From Lama guanicoe (lineage: Eukaryota), in contig MU053376.1 of the NCBI GenBank assembly GCA_013239625.1, positions 1,078,833 through 1,142,832 on the forward strand: a stretch of 64,000 nt of DNA. The letters run 5' to 3'. Each line of letters starts with the position of its first letter. Within the stretch, counting starts at the first letter, position 1. Below are positions 47,341 through 58,127 of the stretch, piece by piece. Under the pieces are notes generated by a model, which saw only the letters and a program-made list of their open reading frames with translations, ran no database searches and was not told where the DNA came from. A program made the position numbers and the translations under genes.

Positions 47341-50300
47341 TTTTTTTACCATCTTAACTGTTTTAAGCATGCAGTGTGGTATATTAAGTAAGTCCACGTT
47401 GCCATGCAGAGTTGGATTCTTATGTCTCCCTCAGCATTCAGTCTGTTACGATATCACACACTGTGAAGCTTCTGGAAAATTCCACTGTACACTCAGAATG
47501 AAAGTAAAAAGGCAAGTGATGCTTTCATCTTATGATGAAAACAGAGTTGACCTTGTATCCTCTGAAAAGGACTTGGGGGACCCCCAAGGGTCCCAGCCAC
47601 ACTTTGAGAACTGGTGCTCTAGGTCAACACCAGAGACTTCAGCAACCCCCTCCCCTTACATTAATTTGGGCCGGGTAAGCTCTGCACACAGGACTTAATG
47701 TGATTCCAAGCTGGTTCTTATTTCTGAGACAAGTAGTGGAGGTGAGAGGAGGCTGAGGCTGGGGCTTGCCTGGTGCCTTGGCAGGGATGGAAAAAAATGG
47801 GTCTAGAAAGACTGGGGCCTGAGGAGCTTATGCATGGGACACAAGCCGTGACGCAGACCAAGCTAACTCAGAAAGAGACAGCGCTGCAACTCTGCCTCAC
47901 CCTGAGGCTCTCAGAAGCTCAAAAGAAGGTAACTCCTCCAGGCAGGGAGAAAAGGCTAGACGAACTCCTTGGGACAGGGTCAACGAACCAATGGGCTTGC
48001 TGCCCCAACCATGGCTGGCACGGAGGGAGCTCACCAGCTCTCTCTCCCATCCCTACCTGGTGCACACCTGCTCATTCTGACCCTCACTGTCCTTTCCTGC
48101 CACGACTGGTGGTTGTGAGAATGACAGCTGGGCCCGCGCATCTCATCCAAGTGGACTCAGCGGAGACCCTGCCTCAGGGCTTAGGCGCCGAGAGCCCTCA
48201 GTTAGGGGGGCTTATTCCTTTACTGATCAATCCAGTGACCAAAGAGGAGGGACCCAGCAGAGCCAGTGGTCTGTCCTTCATCCACACAAGTGGTCTCATT
48301 ACAACCAAGACCAATGGGACACGAGTGTCTGACACATTTTCTGGGCCAGACATACACCCTTAGCATACTCACCTCTGTGCTGTTCACGATCATCCTGAGG
48401 GTGTGATTTTATAGCTTCAATTTTATTATATATAAATTCCTTGAGAGAGGGAGCCTTGCCTTTATTTTCCATGCCACCTAGAACAAAGTAAGATCTCAAT
48501 CCATGCTGATGGGTTATTAGGGGAAGGATTTTCACTGACTTAACTATCAGGTTCCCCTTTGTAAGGGGTTAGGGCCAGGAGAGCAGGTGGAGGCCCTTTA
48601 TTAAACATTTATTGAGTGTCTGTTCCCACTGCTTCGTTTTCTTTGGTGAGGTGTTGCTTACAAAGCCCATTCACGTGTCATCTCATTTAATCCTACGGCA
48701 ACAGGACTGGTATGAGTGGGCTGGGAAAGTGACTGACTGCACTGTGCTCAGCCTGAAGAAAGAATGTGCAAAGCCAGGGAGCTTGTCTGTGGGGCAACAA
48801 ATATGCGTGTGGGAAGCTCTCCAGAGTTGGACTGGGGAAGGGTGTCTCGAACATGGCCACCCGGTGCGTCCACTCCATGAAGACCGTTCGTGGCCAGAGC
48901 ATTCCGTGCTCAGCTTTCACGCTCTCTCAGTAACCCTGCCACTGAACCTCGGCCTCCTCTTGTATGCAATGGCCCACAGACAGGAGCACGCTCATCAGCA
49001 ATCCCAAGTGTCTGGCTGGCTTGACAGCAATTGTATTTTTCATTATAAATCAACACACTGGCATTCTGGCTGTGTCTGTTCATCTCCTGGAGCTCTGAGA
49101 GTCTGTCCCCGAGCCTTCTGGGTCTGCTGCAAACAAGGTTTCTGAGCAGCCATGTGTGTCGCAGACCCTGATTGGTGAAGAGTTCTCAAGGGAAACCTGG
49201 CCGCCTTATGAGGCTCTCCGCAGGCGCCACCCGGCCATTGGCTTCTCCATTCACTGGGCACTGGGCTGGGAGGCAGAACAAGCAAAGGGTCCCTTAGCAG
49301 AGTGGGGCTCCATGCCAGGGGCTGGCCTGCTTCCTGTAGGAAGCTGCTACCGACCAGGGGCCCACCTGATGGACGGGCACAGCCAAGGATCAGAAGACCG
49401 AGATACACTGCAGGCCAGGCCGGAGGGTGATTCAGAATCCAGCGAGGGAGATTTGAAAGGTCACTTCACCCTTTCCAGGGCCCCTGGGGAAGTCATGTGG
49501 TCAGCCCTGCTGGGATAGCTGAGTGCCCCCATTGTCCAGCGCCCAGGTCAGTGCCGCCTGGAGCCGGCATTCTTATCAGGAGGAGAAGGTATTGGAGTAG
49601 GGAAGAGGTGGTGCCGGCTGAGCCCTCACTTCCACCCGGAAATGGGAGTTTTGGTCTCTTGAGCTGGGAAAATCCTGGCCAGCACTGTCTGTTTATCAGG
49701 GAAGCTGAGTCAGTCTCCTATCTCCTAAAAAACTCTGCCATTTCCAGAATTTCATTGGTCAAAGCCAGCACTACCCCCACCCCCAACGCCTTCCTTTTCT
49801 CTGGGGAATTCCTTTGGGGGAAGGGAGACAGAGGGGAGAAGCTGGCCCTTTCCTAGACGCTGAAACCTGAAATCAGAGTTTTTGTCCATTTATGGACTTA
49901 AAGCCCCCTCCCCAACCCTAGGATGACTCATTCTCTCAGCTTGACCTAAATGCCCTGGAGGGGAAAAGGTGAAATTGAGAAGGTGGGATTAGCGCGGGGA
50001 GAGGGCTGGAGGCTGGAGTGAGAAGGGAAGAGACTGAAAAACACGGGGAGTTCTTTTGAGAAGTGAGGGGAGGATTTTAGAGCCAAAAGGAGGCAGAATG
50101 AGACAGAGAGAGGTCTGCACCCCAGAGAGAAGCTGCCTGCCTGCCCAACAGTGTAAAATTCCTCTACAGGCAGCAGCTTCTTAGAGGTACGTCAAGGGCC
50201 CTCACCAGGAGTAAGTTCTCAGACTCTGGTGATCACGGCCAGTTTCCAGGTTTGTTAAAATACGGATTCCCAGGCCCCATGGGCTGTGCTCAGCCTCCGC

Positions 50301-50809
50301 AGTGACCTGAAGCAGGACGTTCTGAGACACAGGAAGAGGACTGGGAATCTGGGTGCTGGCTTGTTTTCAGGGTGGGCGGTGGGGACCTGGCTTGTACAAG
50401 GCAACTCCCGTCCCCTCTGCCAATGTCAGAGTCAGAGCCCTGGCCCAGGGGTGGGTGACGTTTCAGAGCTGCAGGGCATTGAGAAGTCTTTGATGGCCCT
50501 CTCCTACAGGAAGACCCAGTTCCGAGAAGGACCATTTCTCCTCAACCGTCTCCCATCCCTGAGAGAAAGCCCCCTGGTCTTTCCAAACAGGCAAAGGGAA
50601 TTTCTAATTCCAATCAGGAAAAACCGCTGTCCCAGCTCAGCGACACCTACCTCCCCAACTTTCAAGCTTTCACAAATAATTGATCAGCTACAGAAATAGC
50701 TGCTTTCCTAGTCAATAAAATTCTAGAATCTTTAGAAGTTGGGGACTTCAGAGATCAACTAATCTGATTTTCCACCCAAAGCAGAAATTCCTCCTAGCCA
50801 CAACTTCTG

Positions 50810-51735
50810 AGCCTCTATCTCCATCTTGCATCTCTCTCCCAAATTCCAGACCTCTTCTACCTCTTATCTCCATTGGAGGGCTAAGCGCTCCCTAGCTCCC
50901 CCACCCCCTCCACCTGCAACCCCTCCCCCTCTCCAGGAGAAGACACACCTTCTCAAGTAGAAGACACACCATCCCTGACCTCCTTCAGGTCACCCCCACC
51001 CCTGGCTATTCTCCACAAGCAGCTAGAGGAATTAAAAAAAAAATATATCCTTCGTCAGATTATGCCATTCCTTTTGCTCAAAACCTTCCACTGGCTCCCC
51101 ATTTCACTCAGAATAAAAGCCATAGCCTGTAGAATGGCTCATAGAATCCTAAGTGATCTACTCCAGCCCCCCATCACCTCTCTTGACCCTCTTTCTGCTG
51201 CTCCCACCTTAAGGTCTTTCTGTTGTCTGTTCCCTCCACCTGGAACACTATTCAACCAAATGTCTGCATGGTTAGCACCTTCCCTCGTCTAAGTCTTTAG
51301 ATAAATGCCACCTTCTTTGTGAGTCCTTCTTTGATCCCCCCCATTTAAAATGCTATTCCCAGGGAGATGGTATAGCTCAGAGGTAGGGTACATGCCTAGC
51401 ATGATGAGGTCCTCGGTTCAATCCCCAGGACCTCCATTAAAGTAAATAAATAAACTCTTAATTACCTCCCCCTCAAAAACAACAAACAAAAAACCACACA
51501 CACACAAAACAGAAAATGTTATTCCCTGTCTCCTCCCCATTTGCCTCATACTTATGACCTGTTAATATACTATAAAATTTATTATGCCTACTGCTCTAGC
51601 TTCCTCCACTAGAATGGAAACCCAATAAGGGCAGAGATTTTTATCAGTTTTGTTCACAAATGTATCCTCAAAGCCTAGAACAGTGTACACTATAGGTGCT
51701 CAATTAATAAATACTTATGAAGGAATGAATGAACA
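50810..51735 (+). mobile_element. L2 LINE 3' portion
   Basis: ctcaaaaccttccactggctcccatttcactcagaataaa...ttttgttcac...cctagaacagtg...taggtgctcaa...gaatgaatgaa terminus. Confidence 0.75.
51361..51512 (+). mobile_element. tRNA-Ala-derived SINE, copy 6 (inserted in L2)
   Basis: GGTATAGCTCAG...GGTTCAATCCCCAG...TAATTACCTCCCC, A/CA tail; TSD aaaatg(c/t)tattccc at 51347-60 and 51513-26. Confidence 0.85.
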
Positions 51736-54354
51736 CATTATACAGGTGACTGCCTTATCAAGCTGCATCCTGCATCTCAGTAGCCCCCACCCATTGGTGG
51801 GCTCTGAGCCATGAGCCTTTTTCAGAAGACCACCACTGTCGTCTATTATTTGGTTCCCCAGCCCTCAGTCTCCTCTTCTGCTTAAAAATGCCCAGGTTCT
51901 TCAGCCAACCCTCTGTCCTGGGCCCATCCCAGTCCAGACATGCTCTGGCTGTCAGTCAGTCTCCAGATTCTGACTCGCAGAGCTGACCGAGAAGCTCTAG
52001 AGGGGACAGCTGTACCCCACAGGTCTGAATTGGCACAGCCCCTTCCTACCAGCCCACCAGAAGGGCCCATGGCAGCCCTACTGGATGGGGCCAAGGAAGA
52101 AGGGAAGGGCTCCTCCTGACATGCCTTGAGGGTCTCCCCCGTCCACCTCCATGCAGAGGGGGCTTGGCACTACCTACAGAGGGGGCTTGCACTCAGGGAC
52201 GGCCTCAGTGGACTTGCCCGAGGAAAGGGCTGAGGTGGGGAGAGAATTCTGGTTAAGACTTATTTGTTGATTTCAGAAGGTCCTTTCCTGTCTCTCAAAG
52301 TTGCCCCCGGTTGTTGTCTGGGTTATTCACATTCCGGAAGCGCTGATGTGGCACTAAATATTCCTAGGGCTCCAGACTTACCCCCTGGGGCCCAGAGTCA
52401 TCTCTCTGAGCCTGCTTTCTGGAATGTTTTTGGTATGAAGCATCCTGGCAGGTGAGGGGAAAGGTGGTGCAACGTGGGATCCACATCCTGAGCCGGGGTC
52501 TCCTCGGGGCTGAAGTAATAGACGTTCTCTTTCTCTTTCCCATCTAGAGTCTCTTTCCCCAGCAGGCTTCCCCACATCCACCCCCTCTCCTGCCCGCCCC
52601 TTTCAGCCCCTGGCTTGGAAGAGGCTGAGCAAACAGACCACAAAGAGGACAAAGATCTCGGGACCAAGTACCTAACACCACGCTCGCTGGAGTCCCTTCC
52701 CCTTCCCAGAAATTCCATCCTCCCCCAAAGGTGCTAGCAGGGGCTGTGGCCTCTCCCTCCCCTCTGTGCCTTTCCACACTCAGGTTTCCCTCCCTCTCCC
52801 CTCCATCCTATCTCCCCACTGCAGCATCTCCCTTTCGAAGCTTTGGAGGTGAGGGGAAAGCATTTCCGGGCAGAAGGAATTGCCATACTCCTTGTGCCTA
52901 AGACAGAGTGTGGCGCATAATAGAGTCTCAGTAAGTATTTGTACTTTCACTCACTGATCTCCTGACTCTCCAAACCCAACCTAGTTCAGGTGACCCCCCC
53001 TCACTCAGATGTGGTATCCCCCAAGACTGGATTTGAGTTGTGGTTTTCCCATCTGCTAACTAGGCAAGTTACTTTTAAGTTTTCGAGTCTCAATTTCATC
53101 TTCTGCAACTTAAGAATGATAAAAATTGTGCCGGACTAACAAGGCTGTCCTGAGCTTTAAATAATAAACCAAGTGCCTGATACATAAGTACCTAAATGGT
53201 AGCCCTTATTATTCTCTCCTAAGTTGCAACTCTTTTCCATCACCCCAACTCCCCTCAGCATTATCTGAACTGACAATTTTTCTATAGAGTTTTACTTATT
53301 TTTAATGTATGCTGCCTTGCTGTCCAGTCTGCAGCCTCCTTGAGGTTAAGATCTTACGTGCTGCATCAGGGACATAGCAATCACCTCTGTCCTTCAAGAG
53401 CTAAGCACACAAAAGGGCTTGAGTCCTGAGTCCAGTGAATAAATGAGCAAGGTCAACTCCACATCTGAACTCTGAGCTTCTTGGGTAAAGACCCTCCATT
53501 TTATTTTTGCCGTGTCTATCTAGAGCCTAGCCCAGAGCTCCTGCACTCAGTAGGACCTCAAAGGTATCGGACTGAGACCCCAGTTGTAGCTTAAGCAGTT
53601 TCTTGTTTACTCTTCCGTCTTGATCCCAGGGTTGCCTGGCTCCCCACTTCTTCCCCAGACTCAGTGACTTTGCCAGCTCCCCAGATGCAGGGAGCGGGAG
53701 GGAAGTGCAGATGCTCCACACCGGCAGGCGCTGATGGCTGGCGGGGAGGACAGGTGTACGGTGGAGCAGGCAGCTGGAGCTGGCTAGGACTTGGGATGTT
53801 TGGGGGCCTGCGAACAACGGGTCGGGCAAGTCATGGGGGAGGGAGCCTGCTTGAAGCCGGAGCCAGCCGGCTGCCTGCCTGCACTTTGTCCTTATCCTCC
53901 CTTTCATCCTAGCCCTCAGAGCCCGGGAGTTTCTCAATGGAGCGGGCGTCGGGGAATGCTCTGCAGGGGGTGGAGAGGGACAGCCAACGAGGGGGGCATT
54001 CCGAGCATTCTTTGCTTCCTCTAGGAGTCAGGCGGTGGGGGCGGAGGGGGGAGCAGCTGCCTGGCACTGGAGGGTGAAGGATTTCTTTGGAGGGAGAGAA
54101 TAAAGGAGGTGGGGGAGCCTTGAAGCAGCAGGGGACTGAGCTGGATGGGGGAGGGGTGGGAGAAGCGAAAGAGCGGCGTGGGGGCGGGGCTGTATAATCT
54201 GCCAAACCCGGGGCTTTAGCGCTAACCCCAGGGAGAGCAAATTGGGATCCTCAGCTCAGGGCTCTTTCCCACCTGTGTGCTTAAAGGGGCGAACTGCTGA
54301 TGGAGGTGTAACGGGGAGCCTTTTGGAGGAGCTAGATTTTTGTTGTGTTTCGTT

Positions 54355-54360
54355 TTTATT
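54355..54360 (-). terminator. NUAK2: NUAK2 polyadenylation signal AATAAA (3' UTR ~1.2 kb)
   Basis: TTTATT on + strand; the first canonical hexamer I found downstream of the NUAK2 stop. Confidence 0.7.
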
Positions 54361-55571
54361 ATGCAGGTTCCCTATTCTCTAGCCGTGACAGTCCAGGGGA
54401 GTGTATGTTAAGAGAAAACTCAAAGGTCTGCACCCACTTCCCCACCCCCCAGTCAGAACCACAGAGGCTGTTTTCCACTCACCGTTCTGGTTTTAATGGG
54501 ATGGTTCTTTCCACCCACAGAAGGAAAGAGGGACCATCAGGTAGACGAAATCAAGGCACGGAGTGAGGGGGCCAGACACCACTTGCAGACAGTATAATGG
54601 GATATGTAGATTTATAAAAGATTCCCCCTCCACTTCCCCTTAATCAGTCGAGAATCATTGCAAAACTGTGTCTCTCTGCACAACATTTAGATGGCACAGT
54701 GGATTTCCCCAGAACACAGTATTCACATTATCGAAGATAGAAGGCTCACTTTTTAAAAAAACAGTGTTGAAAACATAAAAATAAATAAGAACATTCTAGG
54801 GCCCAGAGAAATAGACATGGCCATTCTCAGTAGCAGGAGCAGCTTGGAGGCCGGAGAAGTTCAGAGTCTTTGAGGTCCAAGGTGGGGTCCAGCGGCATCT
54901 GGGCCCCTTGAGATGAAGTCCAATAGCAGCCTGAGCCTTTTCAAGTCCTTTAGATTCATAGCAGCGACTCCAGGAGGCTTGGGCCAGGTTTGGAGGAGGG
55001 GAAAAGGGAGAGAACCTTTGAGGAAACAAGAGGTTGCGTTCTCTTACTGCTCAGGTAAGTAAGGAAGGGCAGGCGTTGGGAGGACATTTCCAGGACACCC
55101 CGGGGTGTTAGGGGTGCCACATTTCAGTTTGTGGTTGGTGGAGATGGGAATGTATGTGTGAATGAAAGAAGAGTTTCCACCCCCACCTCGGCAGGAAGGG
55201 ACCATGCAGGAAACTTTCTCGTTACAATAAAGGAGATGAGTGCTAAGAGCGCGCTCTTTCCAGATCTCTGTGGCCCTACTATGTGTACAAGAAACAGGCA
55301 ACGGGGACTCGGCCACGGGCCTGCCCCTCTACTTCTCTACTCTTTTTCCCTCTACTATCTTCTTGGTTGGATGGGGCTGAAGACATTGAACCCTCAATGC
55401 ACTTCACTTGCCCACTCCCCACGTACAGCCCTCCCCAGGGCTCGATTGCAAACCCTCTCAGCCTTCTGGGCTGGGATGTTGGTCCTGGGTGGCAGGGAAG
55501 AAGGCTGTCTCCCCTGAGGGTGCAGCCAGCTGCATCTTAGAGCCTGCCCGGGCGGGGCGATGCCCCCACCC

Positions 55572-56635
55572 TCAGCTGAGCTCTGAGCAGACCCCCAGTG
55601 CCTGTTGGCAGGCCTCTGCCCCTTCCTGGCAGTCCATCAAGGAAAAGCAGCTCTCCCCCAAGGGGTCCTGCCGCCAGCGCCTCAGGCCTCTGCTTCCAGG
55701 GCCTTCTGAGGGGGGCTTCTCAAGCCCCAGGAGGTTGTCCACAGACACGCAGCCCCGCAGTGGGGGCTCAGGGAGCCGCTCAGGCAAGTCCAGCTGGTCA
55801 AAGGACTCAGAGGACAGGATGCTGTCCTCACTCACAGCCCCTGAGGGGCGGCTGGCCCGGGCTGGAGGGCGAGGTGAGGCCAGTTCATCCAAAGAGCCGA
55901 AGGTGGCGGGGGCGGGGAGCTCCAGGGCTGTGTGGGAGAACTTGCCGTTGTGTTTGAGGATGCCCTTCGGATGGAGCAGCAGCCCTGAGGCTGGTGGGGG
56001 CTTGTGCTCCACAGCATCCCCACTCACAAACACGTCCCCTGCATCCAAGAGCTCCCCAGACTCGCTGGGTTCAGGAGACGAGTAGTAGCCAGACTCACGC
56101 TGGCGAGACTTCTTGAGGATGCCTTTCTTGGGGAGCAGGGGGGCAGCCTGTCCTGGGCTTGTAGGGACGGGGCTGAGCTCAGGGCCCTCCCTTGGCGCCT
56201 CCGAGCAGGCCGACGCCTTCTTCTTGAGAATGCCTTTCGGCAGCTTGAGGGTGCCCTTGCCAAGGCGAGGGGAGCTGTTGGCAGCTGCGTCCCCCTGGAG
56301 AGTCTGGGCCATGTCATTCTCTTTGCGGGACTTCTTGAGCGAATGCTGGCGCTCCAGGCCGGAGGTGATGCTCCCACCTCCAGGCGTGTGCTGCTTGAAG
56401 AAGCTGCAGACCTTGGCCCCGTTCTCCAGGAGAGGGCGGGAGGACCTCCGGAGCCAGTCAGCCATGGAGGCCCGGCCAGAGTCACTGCCCGGGTGCCCTC
56501 CCTCGTGCAGAGCCTCCTGCTCTCCAACACGGGTGGTGTAGCCCCAGTTAACCCACCAGTGACTGGCCACATCCTCCAGGGTGGCCCGGCGGGTAGGGTT
56601 CACCATTAACAGCCAGCGGATCAGGCCACAGGCAT
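55572..56635 (-). CDS. NUAK2: NUAK2 last coding exon (1064 nt incl. stop)
   Basis: Acceptor tctttcttctag|AT completes Asp; [32 protein letters not shown] (end of kinase domain), three GILK motifs, ESGYYS, ends ...VCSELS*. Confidence 0.95.
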
Positions 56636-57320
56636 CTAGAAGAAAGAGAGGGAATTCAGATTCGTAGCCACGAGCATGGGCACCCATAGCCCGCCTCTCA
56701 CTGGCTGACCCCCATTCGTGCTAAGACACGGCTCACTCTTGTGTCAGACAGGTCCACTCCCACCAGGGCTCCACACACGCCACAGCCCAGGCCGGCTCCC
56801 CACAGTCTCCAGCTTTCCTGGATTGACTCCGCCAATGTCTGCTTCTGCCCCTCGGCCCCTCAGGACCACGGCCCCTTTGTTAGCCAGGTTTGTATGTTAG
56901 TGTGCATCCTCCTTTGCTGCCCTGAAATGCAACCCTCTGAGGGTAGGGACTGCTCAAGAGTAAACCAAGGTTCTCACACCCTGATTCTTGCCTTCTACAT
57001 TGTACCTGAGGGGACAAAAAGATTTCTAAAGACAAGGACAAAAGCAGTAGGAAATTGGAGCAAGGAGGATCTAAGTTAGACCTTAGGAAGCACTTCCCAA
57101 ATATAATAAAGTATGCCCATAAAGGAAGGAAGAGCTATCCCTTCCTTCCTCTGAGGTCACAGACACAGGAGGCAGAGAGAGGACAGCAGGAGGTGGGGTG
57201 GAAGTTACCCTCATCTCTCTGGGTGGCTTTCTTCATTTTACTGTCACTGTTTAATTCCTGCTGTGGAAATTAGCAAAGGACACCCCGGGCCTGGATGAGA
57301 ACACCCATATGCTCACTCAC

Positions 57321-57453
57321 CGGAGGGTTTAGGCGGCTGCCGATAGGCCCCATTGCTGATCTGTTTCACCAGCGTCTTATGGTCCTGCCCATCAAAGGGC
57401 ATGGTGCCATGCACCAGGATGTATAGGAGAACACCTAGGGACCAGCTGTCCAC
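57321..57453 (-). CDS. NUAK2: NUAK2 coding exon 6 (133 nt)
   Basis: Manual translation [44 protein letters not shown]; (CT)n acceptor tract, donor CCG|GTGAGT, phase 1. Not in the ORF track. Confidence 0.95.
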
Positions 57454-58007
57454 CTGAGAGAGAGAGAGAGAAGGAGGGGGGGGGGAGTCAGCAAGAATGT
57501 TCTCATGCCACAGGCTGGAGGGCTTCCAGCCTCACATTCAATACCATGGGAAAAGAGGGGCACACTTTGGAGAACTCAGAGCTCAGTGCATTCGAGAACC
57601 ACCTCCTTCTCGCACCCAGGGACAGAGAGGGTGACACTGCAGAAGAGACTGAGGTTCGTGGGAAGAGGGGTAGTCAATTGCCTCCCCTTGGGAGCGGCAG
57701 CCACAAACACAAGGTCAGTGACAAGGTCATCCCTCTGGGCCAGGAGTGGATGGTTGTGACAGACACCACCTCTCCAGGGAGGTTGGCTGGGGACTGGGAA
57801 AGGTAATGGGAACTTGGGAAGTGGGGGCTTAGAACCAGACTGGGAGCAGGAGACTCAAACTCTCGTTCCAGTTTTTGCCTCTCTCAGTGAGAGACCTGGC
57901 CTGGCACTCCTCCGGCAGGGAGGTGAGTTCTGAGCTCTGAAAGAGGGAGTAGCTAGGAACTAGCGCACCTGTCTCTGGATCTAAGCCAGTGAACGGCCGA
58001 CACTCAC

Positions 58008-58127
58008 CTCTGGGCCCGTGTAGGGCTTCCCGTTGACGATCTCGGGTGAGGCGTAAAGGGGGCTCCCGCAGAACGTCTGCAAGAACTTGCCTTGGTGGTA
58101 GAGGTTGGAGAGGCCAAAGTCAGCGAT
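58008..58127 (-). CDS. NUAK2: NUAK2 coding exon 5 (120 nt; DFG and activation loop)
   Basis: Manual translation [40 protein letters not shown], containing the LKB1-target T-loop Thr; acceptor ctgcag|, donor GAG|GTGAGT. Not in the ORF track. Confidence 0.95.

Larger units (their letters stand above)
46535..47620. mobile_element. hAT-Charlie (Charlie1-like) DNA transposon remnant, interrupted by L1 sequences
   Basis: Left end cagtttttaaatgttttggtctc...atttacactctaaaaa, right end ggggacccccaagggtccc...cacactttgagaactggtg; recognised by eye, ends approximate. Confidence 0.6.

Noticed and set aside
47773..49145. 196-aa and 177-aa intergenic ORFs
   Set aside because: Non-ATG or weak starts, no domain resemblance, no exon-like splice flanks or codon bias; expected by chance at this GC content.
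55408..56609. 225-aa and 201-aa + strand ORFs over the last NUAK2 exon
   Set aside because: Antisense shadows of a GC-rich coding exon.
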